From contig JAFEFU010000029.1 of NCBI GenBank assembly GCA_018240425.1, positions 9,460-73,459 of the forward strand: a DNA stretch of 64,000 nt, given 5' to 3'. A program made the translations under genes and the position numbers. Shown here piece by piece: positions 45,780-56,846 of this stretch. The notes under the pieces are model-generated. The model saw only the letters and a list, made by a program, of their open reading frames with translations. It was not told where the DNA came from and ran no database searches. The number at the start of each line of letters is the position of its first letter. Positions within the stretch are counted from its first letter, which is position 1. Source of the DNA: Pseudomonadota bacterium. Lineage in GTDB: Bacteria > Pseudomonadota > Alphaproteobacteria > Rhodobacterales > Rhodobacteraceae.

Positions 45780-48197
45780 TCAGCCGCGCAGGGTGCCGCC
45801 GGTGGCTTTCGCCACCTTCTCGACGATGCGGGCCGAGACCGCCTCGATCTCTTCGTCGGTCAGGGTTCGGTCGCGCGGCTGAAGCCGGACGCTGATCGCG
45901 AGCGACTTCTTGCCCGGCCCCATCTGCGCCTCGGCCCTTTCCCCGGTGAACTGGTCAAAGACCGAGACCTGCTCGACCAGGGCCTTGTCCGCGCCAAGGG
46001 CGGCATTGACGATGGTCAGGGCCTCGACGCCGCTGTCGACCACGAAGGCGAAATCGCGCTCGACCGCCTGGAGGCCAGAGAGGGCCAGCGCCGGGCGGGT
46101 CGCGCTGCGGCTCTTGGGGAAGGGGACCGCGGCCAGGTCAAGACTGAAGGCGACCGCCGGCCCCTTCACGTCCATCGCCTGCATCACCCTGGGGTGGACC
46201 TCTCCGAAGGTCGCCAGCACATTCGGCCCCAGCGCCACCGCGCCCGACCGGCCAGGGTGCCACCAGGGCGCGACCTTGCGTCCGATCTGCACCCGCGCCG
46301 GCGCGCCGATGGCGGCCAGCACCGCCTCGGCGTCGGCCTTGACGTCAAAGACATCGGCGGACCGGCGCGAGGCGAAGGGATCGCGCGCCGCCGTCGCGCC
46401 GGTCAGAAGGCCCGTCACCATCAGCCGCTGATCGCCCGGCTCGCCGCCAGCAAAGGCGGGGCCGATCTCGAAGAGCGCCAGATCCATGAAGCCGCGCGCC
46501 TGGTTGCGGGCCGCCGCCTGCATCAGGCCGGGCAGCAGGTCGGGGCGCATGTGGGTCATTTCCGACGAGATCGGGTTCTCGATGCGTGTCGCTTCGGCCC
46601 CGCCGCCGAAAAGGGCGGCAGAGGCCGCGTCGATGAAGGAATAGGTCACGCATTCGTTGTAGCCGAGCGCCGCCAGCGTGCGCCGTGCCGTCGCCTCGCG
46701 CACCTGCATCGGCGTCAGCACCGGCCGCAGGACACCGGCCGTGGCCCTGGCGAGCGGCTTGCCCTTCAACCGCGAGAGCGAGGCGATGCGCGCCACCTCC
46801 TCGACCAGGTCGGCCTCGCCGAGGACATCCGGGCGCCAGGTGGGCGGGCTGGCCATGTCGCCCGCCAGCGTGAAGCCAAGCGCGGTCAGGGTCGCGCGCT
46901 GCTCGGCCTCGGGGATCGCCATGCCCACCAGCGACACCACCCGCGCCGGGTCGAGCCGGTAGGCGCGCGATGTGTCCGGCACCGCGCCATCGCGCACGAC
47001 ATGGCTGGCCGCGCCGCCGCAAAGATCGAGGATCATCCGGGTCGCAAGCTCGAGCCCCGGCTCGGTGAAGGCCGGATCGACCCCGCGCTCGAACCGGTAG
47101 CGGGCATCGGAATTGATCCTGAGCGCCCGGCCGGTCGCGGCAACGGTGATCGGATCCCAGTAGGCGCTTTCGACGAACACGTCGGTCGTGGCCTCGGTGC
47201 AGCCCGAATGTTCGCCGCCCATGATGCCGGCCAGGCTTTCCGGGCCCCGGTCATCGGAGATCACCATCATCCCCTCGCGCAGGGTGTAGGTCCTGCCGTC
47301 CAGCGCCAGAAGCTCTTCGCCGCCCCTGGCCGGGTGGACGCGCAGGCCGCCCGCCACCCTGGCCGCGTCGAAGACATGGAGCGGGCGGTTCAGGTCGAAG
47401 GTGAAGAGGTTGGTGATGTCGACCAGGGCCGAGATCGGGCGCAGGCCGATGGCCTTGAGCCGGGCCTGAAGCCAGGCGGGCGACGGGCCGTTCGTGACCC
47501 CGCGGATCAGGCGGCCGGCAAAGAGCGGGCAGCCCCTGGCCTTCAGCTCCGGCGCAATGGTCACGCCGATCGGGCTGTCGAAGCTGCCGGGAACAGGGGT
47601 GACGGCAAGGGGCTTCAGCCGCCCCAGCCCGCGCGCGGCAAGATCGCGGGCAATACCGCGCACGCCAAGCGCGTCGGGGCGGTTGGGGGTGATCTTGACG
47701 TGGATCATCGGGTCGTTCAGGCCCCGGTAGTCGATGAAGCGCGCGCCGAGCGGCGCATCCTGTGGCAGCTCGATGATGCCGTTGTGATCGTCGCTGAGTT
47801 CCAGTTCACGCTCGGAGCAGAGCATCCCGTTCGATTCGACGCCGCGAATGACGCCGGGCTTCAGGTCGACCCCGGTGCCCGGCACATGCGTACCCACCGG
47901 GGCGAAGACACCGACAAGGCCCGTGCGCGCATTGGGCGCCCCGCAGACCACCTGGACCTCTTCCATCCGCCCGCCCTCGCCCTCGGGCCAGGTCGCCACG
48001 CGGCAGAGCCGCAGCTTGTCGGCGTTCGGGTGCTGGACGGCCTCGATCACCTTGCAGATGCGGAACGCGCCGAGGCGCGCCGCCGGATCGGCGACCTCCT
48101 CGACCTCGAGGCCGAGATCGGTCAGGGCATCGAGAATCTCGCCAAGCGGCGCCTGCGTTTCCAGATGATCTTTCAGCCAGGAGAGGGTGAATTTCAT
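45780..48197 (-). CDS. pheT: phenylalanine--tRNA ligase beta subunit
   Basis: MKFTLSWLKDHLET start, tRNA-binding, B3/4, B5 and FDX-ACB domains recognisable by length and motifs. The start was moved to the ATG at 48197. Confidence 0.96.
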   Translation of the reverse strand: MKFTLSWLKDHLETQAPLGEILDALTDLGLEVEEVADPAARLGAFRICKVIEAVQHPNADKLRLCRVATWPEGEGGRMEEVQVVCGAPNARTGLVGVFAPVGTHVPGTGVDLKPGVIRGVESNGMLCSERELELSDDHNGIIELPQDAPLGARFIDYRGLNDPMIHVKITPNRPDALGVRGIARDLAARGLGRLKPLAVTPVPGSFDSPIGVTIAPELKARGCPLFAGRLIRGVTNGPSPAWLQARLKAIGLRPISALVDITNLFTFDLNRPLHVFDAARVAGGLRVHPARGGEELLALDGRTYTLREGMMVISDDRGPESLAGIMGGEHSGCTEATTDVFVESAYWDPITVAATGRALRINSDARYRFERGVDPAFTEPGLELATRMILDLCGGAASHVVRDGAVPDTSRAYRLDPARVVSLVGMAIPEAEQRATLTALGFTLAGDMASPPTWRPDVLGEADLVEEVARIASLSRLKGKPLARATAGVLRPVLTPMQVREATARRTLAALGYNECVTYSFIDAASAALFGGGAEATRIENPISSEMTHMRPDLLPGLMQAAARNQARGFMDLALFEIGPAFAGGEPGDQRLMVTGLLTGATAARDPFASRRSADVFDVKADAEAVLAAIGAPARVQIGRKVAPWWHPGRSGAVALGPNVLATFGEVHPRVMQAMDVKGPAVAFSLDLAAVPFPKSRSATRPALALSGLQAVERDFAFVVDSGVEALTIVNAALGADKALVEQVSVFDQFTGERAEAQMGPGKKSLAISVRLQPRDRTLTDEEIEAVSARIVEKVAKATGGTLRG

Positions 48198-48324
48198 GCG
48201 TCTCGTTCCGTTCCAGCAGTCCGGCCGGGTCGCTTGCCGGCGCTCGCGCCCTCTGTGACGCCTTTGCGCGAAAACGTCAAACCTTGCGCGAAATTCCGCC
48301 CCGCCGCGGCCCGGTTTCGCGGGC

Positions 48325-48636
48325 ATGGTCGGTGCGGGGAATTTGGAGACCACGATTTTGAGAAAGACCATTCGACCGGGACGCGGCGGAACCCTGCACA
48401 TCATGCTGGGTCTGGCGATTCTGGGCTGCGTCGCGCTGACCGGGCTTTACGGGCAAAGCCTGGACGATCTGATCGCCGGCCAGGACCTGCCCGAGCGCGT
48501 CGCCACCGCCGGCGACAAGAACGCCGCCTGCGCCGCCGACACGCTGGAGACGATCTTCGGCACCATCGGCTGTGGCAGCAGCAAGAAGGGCGCCCATCTC
48601 GCAGGGATCACCTTCCTGAGCGCCACCAAGAAGTGA
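48325..48636 (+). CDS. hypothetical small lipoprotein / secreted protein
   Basis: Possible TTG start at 48358 after GGAG, giving RKTIRPGRGGTLHIMLGLAILG-C, which is lipobox-like. No homology recognised. Confidence 0.4.
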   Translation: MVGAGNLETTILRKTIRPGRGGTLHIMLGLAILGCVALTGLYGQSLDDLIAGQDLPERVATAGDKNAACAADTLETIFGTIGCGSSKKGAHLAGITFLSATKK

Positions 48637-48653
48637 CGGCGGATCGCGCGGCG

Positions 48654-49481
48654 TCAGTCGCGCAGCAGATCGTTGATCGAGGTCTTGGACCGGGTCCGGG
48701 CGTCCACCTTCTTGACGATCACCGCGCAATAAAGGCTGATGCCGCCCTTCGATGGCATCGAGCCTGCCACGACGACCGAGCCGGCCGGCACCTCGCCATA
48801 CATGACCGCGCCGGTTTCGCGGTCGACGATCTTGGTGGACTGGCCGATGAACACGCCCATGCCAAGGACCGAGCCCTCGCGCACGATGCAGCCCTCGACC
48901 ACTTCCGAGCGCGCGCCGATGAAGCAGTTGTCCTCGATGATCGTCGGGCCGGCCTGCATCGGTTCCAGCACCCCGCCGATGCCGACGCCACCCGACAGGT
49001 GAACGTTCTTGCCGATCTGCGCGCAGGAGCCGACGGTGGCCCAGCCGTCGACCATCGTGCCTTCGTCGACATAGGCGCCGATGTTGACGAACGAGGGCAT
49101 CAGCACCACGCCCCTGGCGACATAGGCCGAGCGCCGGACGATCGAGCCGGGCACCGCGCGGAACCCGGCGGCGCGCCACTCGGCCTCGCCCCAGCCGTCG
49201 AACTTGGACGGCACCTTGTCCCACCAGGTGGTGCCGCCGTTGCCGCCCGAGATCGGATACATGTCGGTCAGGCGAAAGGACAGGAGGACCGCCTTCTTGG
49301 CCCACTGGTTCACATGCCAGTGTCCATCCGCCTGACGTTCGGCCACCCGCAGCCGCCCGCTGTCGAGCGCGCTCAGCGTCGCCTCGATCGCCTCGCGCGC
49401 CTCGCCCTTCGTCACGGGCGAAATCCCGTCGCGGGTCTCCCAGGCGGCTTCGATCGCGGTTTCCAGCGCAGCATTGGACAT
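48654..49481 (-). CDS. dapD: 2,3,4,5-tetrahydropyridine-2,6-dicarboxylate N-succinyltransferase
   Basis: [15 protein letters not shown] start and hexapeptide-repeat body ([38 protein letters not shown]). The start was moved to the ATG at 49481. Confidence 0.95.
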   Translation of the reverse strand: MSNAALETAIEAAWETRDGISPVTKGEAREAIEATLSALDSGRLRVAERQADGHWHVNQWAKKAVLLSFRLTDMYPISGGNGGTTWWDKVPSKFDGWGEAEWRAAGFRAVPGSIVRRSAYVARGVVLMPSFVNIGAYVDEGTMVDGWATVGSCAQIGKNVHLSGGVGIGGVLEPMQAGPTIIEDNCFIGARSEVVEGCIVREGSVLGMGVFIGQSTKIVDRETGAVMYGEVPAGSVVVAGSMPSKGGISLYCAVIVKKVDARTRSKTSINDLLRD

Positions 49482-49543
49482 GGGTTTCTCCCGCAGGTCA
49501 GAGGTGGCATCCCCGTGGCCTATAGTGGCGGCCCGGTGCGAGT

Positions 49544-50470
49544 TCAATCCGGCGTTTCGGCGATCGGGTCCGGCGCGGGATTGGCCCCGCAGAGCAGCAC
49601 CGCAACCCTTTCGCCCGCCTCGGGCCGGTAGGCCCCCGACAGGAGCGCGGCCAGAGCGGTGGCGCCGCCCGGCTCGACCCACTGCCTGAGTTCGCGCCAG
49701 AGAAGCGCCTGCGCGGCCAGGATGTCCTCGTCCGTGACCAGGACCGACCGCACGCCCGCCGCGCGGCAGAGGTCATAGCCGATGCGCCCGATGTGGCGCG
49801 AGCCGAGCGCGCTGGCCGCGACGCCCGAGACCTCGACCTCGGCATCCGGTCCGTCGGCGAAGGCCCGGTTCAGGGTCGGGGCGTTCTCGGGCTCGACCGC
49901 GACGATGCGCCGTCGCCCGCCCAGCCAGGCCGCCGCCCCGCCGATCAGCCCGCCGCCGCCCACCGCGATCAGCAGCGTGTCGGCGGCCAGCCCCTGCTCC
50001 TCCCATTCGCGAAACAGCGTCCCCTGCCCGGCGACCGTGGCCGGCGCGTCATAGGCATGGACCTGCATGGCGCCGGTCGCCTCCTCGTGCACACGCGCCG
50101 CGGCCAGCGCATTGTGATAGGCACCGGGCACCACGGTCAGCTCGGCGCCCGACCGGCGCACCAGGGCGATCTTGGCCGGACCCGCCAATTCAGGAACGAA
50201 GATGCGCGCGCGATGGCCGAGACGGCTGGCCGCGAAGGCCACCGCGGCCCCGTGATTGCCGCCTGACGCCGCGACCACCCCAGCCGCCGGCACCGGCAGC
50301 GACAGCATCGAGTTGAAGGCGCCGCGGGCCTTGAACGATCCCGTGTGCTGGGTGTTCTCCAGCTTCAGCGCCAGGTCGAACCCGCCGAGGCGCGCGTGCA
50401 TGACCGGCGTGCGGCGGATATGGGGCGCGATCCGCATTCCGGCCTCGGTTATGGCGGATTTCCAGTCCAC
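49544..50470 (-). CDS. PLP-dependent threonine/serine dehydratase family protein
   Basis: [22 protein letters not shown]-lysine motif and the GGGGLIGG glycine loop. Confidence 0.85.
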   Translation of the reverse strand: MDWKSAITEAGMRIAPHIRRTPVMHARLGGFDLALKLENTQHTGSFKARGAFNSMLSLPVPAAGVVAASGGNHGAAVAFAASRLGHRARIFVPELAGPAKIALVRRSGAELTVVPGAYHNALAAARVHEEATGAMQVHAYDAPATVAGQGTLFREWEEQGLAADTLLIAVGGGGLIGGAAAWLGGRRRIVAVEPENAPTLNRAFADGPDAEVEVSGVAASALGSRHIGRIGYDLCRAAGVRSVLVTDEDILAAQALLWRELRQWVEPGGATALAALLSGAYRPEAGERVAVLLCGANPAPDPIAETPD

Positions 50471-50538
50471 GATGGCCTCCCTAGCCTCGGGTTCCGCGAA
50501 TCTATAGGTCTGGGCCGACAGACGAGCAAGGACGCGCC

Positions 50539-51384
50539 ATGAAGCAAGACCCCCGCCGCCATCCGTTCCGCGACAGCCACCAGGACGCCGAGGCCGCCAA
50601 CCGTATCCCCGACACGGCGCAGACCCGCGCTTCTGCCTATCGGCTGGCCTTCACCGACCATGATTTCATGTGCCGCGAGGAGCTCAGGCCGGTGCGCCTG
50701 CAACTGGAACTGCTGAAGCCGCAGATGATGCTGGACGAGCGCGGCATCCGTTCGACCATCGTGCTCTTTGGCGGCGCGCGCATCCCCGATCCGGCGCGCA
50801 GGGATCAGGCCCGGACGCCGGTGCTCGCCGACCTGTCGCGCTATTACGACGAAGCGAGGCGCTTTGCCGCGCTGATGACGGCGCGGAGCCTCGAAAGCTA
50901 CGGGCGCGAGAACGTGATCGTCACCGGCGGCGGCCCCGGAGTGATGGAGGCCGGCAATCGCGGCGCGCACGAGGCCGGCGGCTATTCGATCGGCCTGAAC
51001 ATCGTCCTGCCCCACGAACAGGCACCGAACGCCTATGTGACGCCGGACCTGTGCTTCAACTTCCACTATTTCGCCATCCGCAAGATGCACTTCCTGATGC
51101 GCGCCCGCGCCGTCTGCATCTTTCCCGGCGGTTTCGGCACCCTGGACGAGATGTTCGAGGCGCTGACCCTGATCCAGACCGGACGCATGGCCAAGGTGCC
51201 GTTCCTGCTGTTCGGAAGGGCCTTCTGGGAGAAGATCATCAACTGGCAGGCGCTGGCCGACGCCGGCACCATCGCCCAGGCCGACCTCGACCTGTTCCGT
51301 TTCGTCGAGACCGCGGAAGAGGCCGTGGGCCACATCGTCAGCTTCTACGGCGAGGACCGCGACCGCAGCAGCGACGGGCAGTAG
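50539..51384 (+). CDS. LOG-family (TIGR00730) nucleotide 5'-monophosphate nucleosidase
   Basis: VTGGGPGVMEAGNRGA and the PGGFGTLDEMFEALTLIQTG motif. Confidence 0.88.
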   Translation: MKQDPRRHPFRDSHQDAEAANRIPDTAQTRASAYRLAFTDHDFMCREELRPVRLQLELLKPQMMLDERGIRSTIVLFGGARIPDPARRDQARTPVLADLSRYYDEARRFAALMTARSLESYGRENVIVTGGGPGVMEAGNRGAHEAGGYSIGLNIVLPHEQAPNAYVTPDLCFNFHYFAIRKMHFLMRARAVCIFPGGFGTLDEMFEALTLIQTGRMAKVPFLLFGRAFWEKIINWQALADAGTIAQADLDLFRFVETAEEAVGHIVSFYGEDRDRSSDGQ

Positions 51385-51519
51385 CCTGCTTGGTTGACCC
51401 ACGCGGATGTCGTGCGCCACAATCCTTGCGGCAGCGGCCGCCCTCGGGGCAAACGCCCAAAATTTCGTAACGACGTGGGGGGCTCCCTATGTCTCTCAGC
51501 CCGGCGAACGAGATAAACG

Positions 51520-52308
51520 ATGTTTTTCAGCACGATCAATCCGCTTTACTCGCTCTCGGGGCTGGCGGTTGGAATGATTGTCGGCCTCACCGGGGTGGGC
51601 GGCGGGTCACTGATGACGCCGTTGCTGGTGCTTTTGTTTGGGGTTCACCCAGCGACAGCAGTCGGTACCGACCTGCTTTATGCGGCGGCGACCAAAACTG
51701 CGGGAACCTTTGTCCACGGCAGATCGAAGACGGTCAACTGGCGGATAGTCGGGCTGCTGGCATCCGGTTCTGCGCCCGCCACCCTCCTGACCCTCCTTTG
51801 CCTGAATATCTTTGGGCTGCAAGGCGCCAGGGTATCGGCAAGCATTTCATTCACATTGGGCATCGCACTTGTTCTGACCTCGCTATCGCTCGTGTTCCGC
51901 AGACAGATCGTCGCTTTTGCCCGTCGTAACGCCGGCCAGGAAAACCCGCGGCGCACTGCATTACTCACCATGATCACTGGCGCAGTACTGGGTATTCTGG
52001 TTTCGATTTCATCGGTCGGAGCCGGGGCGCTTGGCGTGACCGCGCTGATTATCCTCTATCCCAAATTGCCGACTGTCCGCATCGTCGGCTCTGACATTGC
52101 CCATGCCGTTCCGCTCACGCTTCTCGCAGGGATAGGCCACTGGTGGCTGGGTTCGGTTGATTGGGCGATGCTGCTGTCGCTGCTGATCGGCTCGATTCCC
52201 GGCATCATGATCGCCAGCATGTTGGCGCCGAAATTGCCGGAGCATGTCCTGCGTCTCACCCTGGCCGTGGTGCTGGCGCTTGTCGGGCTGCGTCTGGTCC
52301 TGGGTTAG
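51520..52308 (+). CDS. TauE/SafE-family sulfite exporter-like membrane protein (DUF81)
   Basis: 262-aa polytopic ORF with G.GGGSLMTPLL and a second-half G.GAG repeat. GC content is visibly lower than in neighbouring genes. Confidence 0.85.
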   Translation: MFFSTINPLYSLSGLAVGMIVGLTGVGGGSLMTPLLVLLFGVHPATAVGTDLLYAAATKTAGTFVHGRSKTVNWRIVGLLASGSAPATLLTLLCLNIFGLQGARVSASISFTLGIALVLTSLSLVFRRQIVAFARRNAGQENPRRTALLTMITGAVLGILVSISSVGAGALGVTALIILYPKLPTVRIVGSDIAHAVPLTLLAGIGHWWLGSVDWAMLLSLLIGSIPGIMIASMLAPKLPEHVLRLTLAVVLALVGLRLVLG

Positions 52309-52405
52309 GCCGCCGCCACCAGGCTGCGACTTCATGCGGCATTGGGGCAGGTCCGGCTTTTCCGTGGCGCCGTCCCCTCCCCCGCCGAGCCACAGGTTCA
52401 GCTCC

Positions 52406-53611
52406 TCAGACTCTGGACTCGGACGCGATCTGGGCACGGCTTTTCCGCACCCTTTCGGTCGCCGATTTCAGCTGGCCGCAGGCCGCCATGATGTCCTCGC
52501 CCCGCGGGGTGCGGATCGGGCTGGCGTAGCCGGCCTTGTGGATGATATCGGCGAAGGCATGGATGCGGTTGCCCGACGAGCGCCTGTAAGGCGCGCCCGG
52601 CCATTCGTTGAAGGGGATCAGGTTCACCTTGGCCGGAATGCCCTTCAGCAGTTCGACCAGCCGGTGGGCGTCTTCCCTGGTGTCGTTGATCCCGTCCAGC
52701 ATGACATATTCGAACGTGATCCGCTCCGAGTTCGAGAGACCCGGATAGGCACGCAGCGCATCAAGCAGCGCGGCGATGTTCCACTTCCTGTTGATTGGGA
52801 CCAGCTGATCGCGCACCGCGTCGGTGGTGGCGTGGAAGCTGACCGCCAGCAGGCAGCCGATCTCGGTCGCGGTCCGGGCGATCTCGGGCACCACGCCGCT
52901 GGTCGAAAGGGTGATGCGGCGGCGGCCGAGGGCGATGCCCTCGTTGTCCATCACCACCCTCATCGCGTCACGGACGTTCTCGAAGTTGTAGAGCGGCTCG
53001 CCCATGCCCATCAGGACGATGTTCGACACGAGGCGCGTCTCGTCCTTGGGGGCACCCTGGACCGGCCATTCGCCCAGGTCGTCGCGGGCCAGAAGCACCT
53101 GGCCGACGATCTCGCCCGCCGTCAGGTTGCGCACCAGCTGCTGAGTTCCGGTGTGGCAGAAGGAACAGGTCAGAGTGCAGCCCACCTGCGACGAGATGCA
53201 GAGCGTGCCGCGGCCCTCCTCGGGGATATAGACCACCTCGACCTCGTGTCCGCCGGCGATGCGCACCAGATACTTGCGCGTGCCGTCGGCCGAGACCTGC
53301 CTTTGCGTGACCTCGGGCAGGGCGATGGTGAAATGGGTGGCGAGAAAGGCGCGGTAGTCCTTGGCGAGATTGGTCATCGCCGCGAAGTCGCGCACACCCC
53401 AGTGATAGATCCATTGCCAGATCTGGCCGACGCGCATCTTCGCCTGCTTTTCCGGCGTTCCGGCGGCGATCAGCGCCGCGCGCATCGCCTCGCGCGTCAT
53501 GCCGATCAGATTGGTCCGGTCCGCCGCCTTGCGCGGCAGGATCTGCACATCGCGCACCAGCGGCGCAGGCTGGATCGTTGCGGGCTGGGCCGGGGCGGGT
53601 GCTTTTTCCAT
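52406..53611 (-). CDS. rlmN: 23S rRNA (adenine2503-C2)-methyltransferase, radical SAM
   Basis: [18 protein letters not shown] radical-SAM cluster motif and GMGEPL, ending in C-terminal ACGQL. Confidence 0.95.
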   Translation of the reverse strand: MEKAPAPAQPATIQPAPLVRDVQILPRKAADRTNLIGMTREAMRAALIAAGTPEKQAKMRVGQIWQWIYHWGVRDFAAMTNLAKDYRAFLATHFTIALPEVTQRQVSADGTRKYLVRIAGGHEVEVVYIPEEGRGTLCISSQVGCTLTCSFCHTGTQQLVRNLTAGEIVGQVLLARDDLGEWPVQGAPKDETRLVSNIVLMGMGEPLYNFENVRDAMRVVMDNEGIALGRRRITLSTSGVVPEIARTATEIGCLLAVSFHATTDAVRDQLVPINRKWNIAALLDALRAYPGLSNSERITFEYVMLDGINDTREDAHRLVELLKGIPAKVNLIPFNEWPGAPYRRSSGNRIHAFADIIHKAGYASPIRTPRGEDIMAACGQLKSATERVRKSRAQIASESRV

Positions 53612-53684
53612 CGGACGTCCTCGGGTGTGAAGGCTGCGTATATAGGCCGAGGCGGCGGAAATTGGAACAGGACGCGCGCGCGGC

Positions 53685-55472
53685 CTATCCGACCGCGCGG
53701 AACTGCTGGTCGTAGAGCCGGCGGAACATGCCGTCCTGGGCCAGAAGCTCGGCCGTGGTCCCCTGTTCCAGAAGCCGTCCCTCGTTGATGACGCAGATCC
53801 GGTCGGCCTCGAGCACCGTGGACAGGCGATGGGCGATGACGATCGTGGTGCGCCCCCTGGTCAGGTGGCGGATCGCCTCTTGCACCAGGGCTTCCGAGCG
53901 GGCGTCGAGCGCGCTTGTTGCCTCGTCCAGAAGAAGGATCGGGCTGTCCTTCAGGATCGCGCGGGCGATGGCCAGGCGCTGTTTCTGCCCGCCCGACAGG
54001 AAGGCCCCGTTCTCGCCCACCGGCGTCTGATAGCCCTGTGACAATTCCGCAATGAATTCATGGGCATTGGCCGCACGGGCGGCGGCGATCACCTCATCCT
54101 CGGTGGCATCGGGCCTCCCGAAGCGGATGTTGTCGAGAACGCTGGCGGAAAAAAGAAAGGTGCCCTGCCCGACGAAGGAAATCCGCTCGCGCAGCGACCG
54201 GAAGCTGGCCCGGGTCAGGTCGGTCCCGTCGATCGAGACCCGGCCCGAGGTCGGATCGTAAAGCCGCAGGATCAGGTTGAGGATCGTGGACTTGCCGCCC
54301 CCCGACGGCCCGACGAGCGCGGTTGTTTTCCCCGCCGCGCAGACCATCGACAGGTCCTGCAGTACCGGGCGGCTGCCCTTGTAGGAAAACCCGACCGTCT
54401 CGAACGTCACCTGGCCGGGTCCGGCCGGAAGATCGACCGGGGCGGGGGCCTCGGTCAGTGATTCGGGGGCGTCGAGCAGGTCGAACATCATCCGCACCCC
54501 GATCAGGTTGGCCTCGATCGCCACCCGCATCCGCGACAGGCGCTTGGCCGGCTCGTAGGCCATGAGCAGCGCGGTGACGAACGACATGAGCTGGCCGGCG
54601 GTCGTGGCACGCTCGCCGAAGATGTTGACCGCGCTCAGCGCCACCACCGCGGCGATGGCAAAGCCCGACAGCGTGTCCATCAGCGGGCTGGTCACCGCCT
54701 CGAGTCGGGCGATGGCGTTCGAGCGTTTCTCGACCTGGCCGACGGCAGAGTTCATCCGCGCCGCCATCCGGTCCTCGAGCGCGAAGGCCTTGACCACGAG
54801 GATTCCGGCCGAAGTCTCCTGGATGACCTTGATGATCTCGGCCAGCGATGCCAGCTCCATCTCCATGATGGCGCGCACCTTCTTGAGGATCAGCCGCACG
54901 CCCAGAAGCGCCAGCGGTCCGATCAGCAGCGAGATGAAGGTCAGCGCCGGCTGCTGGTAGAGCATGACCGAGACGAGACCGATCAGCGTCAGGCAGTCGC
55001 GCACGAAGCTGGTCACGAGGATGTCGATGATCATCCGCGCCGACTGGGCCGACTGCGTGACCCGGGTCAGCAGGTCGGAGGATTCGGTGAGGTTGAAGAA
55101 GGCGACGCCCTGGCGCAGCAGCTTGGCATAGAGCCGCTTTTGCTGGGTGGCGACGATGCGGTTTCCGGCCCTGATCAGCGTCACGTCCTGGACATAGCTG
55201 CCGACGCCCTTCAGGAAGAAGATCAGGGCGACCATCCCCGCCACCATGAAGACGCGCGCGTGGTTCCCGGGGTTCGTCATCGTGTCGACGATGTCGCGCA
55301 TGACCCAGGCGGTCGCCGAGGTCATCGCCGAGACCAGGATCATCGCCCCGACCGCGATGGCATAGAGATGCGCCTGCGCCCGCAGGTTCTCGGACAGAAG
55401 CCGCGAGATCTGCGGCCCCGCCAGTCTCGGCAGGAGGGTTCTGAGCAGAAGGGTTCTGAGCACCTGACTCAC
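53685..55472 (-). CDS. ABC exporter, fused permease/ATPase (MsbA-like type I exporter)
   Basis: Six-TM domain followed by Walker [10 protein letters not shown], signature [14 protein letters not shown] and Walker [13 protein letters not shown]. Confidence 0.9.
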   Translation of the reverse strand: MSQVLRTLLLRTLLPRLAGPQISRLLSENLRAQAHLYAIAVGAMILVSAMTSATAWVMRDIVDTMTNPGNHARVFMVAGMVALIFFLKGVGSYVQDVTLIRAGNRIVATQQKRLYAKLLRQGVAFFNLTESSDLLTRVTQSAQSARMIIDILVTSFVRDCLTLIGLVSVMLYQQPALTFISLLIGPLALLGVRLILKKVRAIMEMELASLAEIIKVIQETSAGILVVKAFALEDRMAARMNSAVGQVEKRSNAIARLEAVTSPLMDTLSGFAIAAVVALSAVNIFGERATTAGQLMSFVTALLMAYEPAKRLSRMRVAIEANLIGVRMMFDLLDAPESLTEAPAPVDLPAGPGQVTFETVGFSYKGSRPVLQDLSMVCAAGKTTALVGPSGGGKSTILNLILRLYDPTSGRVSIDGTDLTRASFRSLRERISFVGQGTFLFSASVLDNIRFGRPDATEDEVIAAARAANAHEFIAELSQGYQTPVGENGAFLSGGQKQRLAIARAILKDSPILLLDEATSALDARSEALVQEAIRHLTRGRTTIVIAHRLSTVLEADRICVINEGRLLEQGTTAELLAQDGMFRRLYDQQFRAVG

Positions 55473-55592
55473 GCGTCATCGGGGTTTTGGTCCATATGGA
55501 CGCAAAGGCAGCGAAAAGCCAGCCTTGCGGCGAATTTCGGCGCGGTCCCATCCGGCCGGGCAGCAGGCGGCGCGGGCAGCGGGCGCGGCAGG

Positions 55593-56099
55593 TCAGCTGT
55601 CCTGGCGGACGATGTCGGTGATGAGCACGTCGGTCACGTCATGGCCGAGCGCGCGTTTCGCGGTCTCGAGAAGCGCCGCCCGCAGCCCGTCCATCGCGTC
55701 CGAACTGGTGAAGGCGCCGTCGAAGCCGCCCGCATTGGCATGGTCGAACAGCACCTGGAGAAAGGCGTCGCGCAACTTCGGCTCGACCGCATAGACCTTT
55801 TCCCCGCCCCCGAACGGCACTTCGAGGCTGACCGACAGGATCACCAGCGCGCCGACCCTGCCGCTTTCGACCACCGGGACGATGAACTGGTTGTTGAGCT
55901 TCACATATTCCTTGGCCGGCGCCTCGCCTTCGGGCAGGGCGGCCCCGCCGCCACCGCCGCCCGCCGCGGTGTCCACCGCAGGGCCGCAGGCGGCGGCCTC
56001 GGCCTTGCCGGCGTCGGCCGGCCGCAGGTAGAGCCCCGCGCCCGCGCCGCCGCCGAGGCCGGCCAGCGCCAACAGGATGGGAAGGACAAGCTTGCGCAT
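55593..56099 (-). CDS. fliL: flagellar basal body-associated protein FliL-like
   Basis: Single N-terminal TM and a FliL-like core (YVKLNNQFIVPV....R.....ILSVSLEV). It occupies the position after flgH, as in other alpha-type flagellar clusters. Confidence 0.65.
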   Translation of the reverse strand: MRKLVLPILLALAGLGGGAGAGLYLRPADAGKAEAAACGPAVDTAAGGGGGGAALPEGEAPAKEYVKLNNQFIVPVVESGRVGALVILSVSLEVPFGGGEKVYAVEPKLRDAFLQVLFDHANAGGFDGAFTSSDAMDGLRAALLETAKRALGHDVTDVLITDIVRQDS

Positions 56100-56110
56100 C
56101 GCCGGACCGC

Positions 56111-56833
56111 TCAGAAAGGCAGAAGCTTGTCGGCGATCTGCTGGCCGTAGCGCGGCTGCTGGACGTCGCTGATCATGCCGCGTCCGCCGTAGGAAATCCG
56201 CGCGCCCGCGATCTTGTCATAGGTGATCTCGTTCTGGCGCGAGATGTCCTCGGGCCGGGCGAAGCCGGTCACCACCAGTTCGCGGATTTCGTAGTTCACC
56301 CGGACCTCCTGCGAGCCCTGGATCTGCAGGACGCCGTTGGGCAGGACCTGGGTGATCGTCGCGGCGATGCGCAGGGTCAGCTTTTCCTTGCGCTGGATGC
56401 TGCCGGTGCCCTGATAGCTGGAGGCGCCCTTGGTCGCGACCGCGTCCGCCATCCGCGATCCTTCGGCCAGCGCATCGTCCAGCCGCTGCGGAATGCCGAG
56501 GAGCGAGGGGATTCCCATCTTCTCGGCCGAGGTGCGGCTGCGCCCCGAGGTGTCGGTCATCTCGGCCTTGTCGTCGATCTCGACCACGACGGTCAGGATG
56601 TCGCCCCGCTGCCGGGCCCGCTGATCGCCCAGGAGCGAGGCGCGCGCGCCCGACCAGAGCGAGGCATCCGCCGACGGCCCTCGCGGCGGCGCAGCGCCGG
56701 GCAGCGATCCGCCTGCCATCGCGAAATATTCGTTCCCAGATTCGACCGGGCTTAAGGACGGAGCCTTTCCCACCTCGCTCAACCGGCCGCAGCCCGCCAG
56801 CACCAGGCCCAGGGCCATCAGGACGTTGCGCAT
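56111..56833 (-). CDS. flgH: flagellar L-ring lipoprotein
   Basis: Lipobox LVLAGC. GDILTVVVEIDDKA, IAATITQVLPNGVLQIQGSQEVRVN.E and GGRG..SD.Q.P.YG motifs. Confidence 0.93.
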   Translation of the reverse strand: MRNVLMALGLVLAGCGRLSEVGKAPSLSPVESGNEYFAMAGGSLPGAAPPRGPSADASLWSGARASLLGDQRARQRGDILTVVVEIDDKAEMTDTSGRSRTSAEKMGIPSLLGIPQRLDDALAEGSRMADAVATKGASSYQGTGSIQRKEKLTLRIAATITQVLPNGVLQIQGSQEVRVNYEIRELVVTGFARPEDISRQNEITYDKIAGARISYGGRGMISDVQQPRYGQQIADKLLPF

Positions 56834-56846
56834 TCTCTCTCTCCTG

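Noticed and set aside
45681-49631. 1316-aa plus-strand ORF
   Set aside because: It runs antisense through pheT, the small lipoprotein region and dapD. Its composition is biased (R/G/A/P/D) with no recognisable domains, so it is a shadow ORF.
55436-55462. 15-nt-period duplication gggttctgagca...gggttctgagca in the first codons of the ABC exporter ([10 protein letters not shown])
   Set aside because: It is an in-frame duplication in a non-conserved N-terminal tail and does not disrupt the gene. It is noted only as a minor polymorphism candidate.
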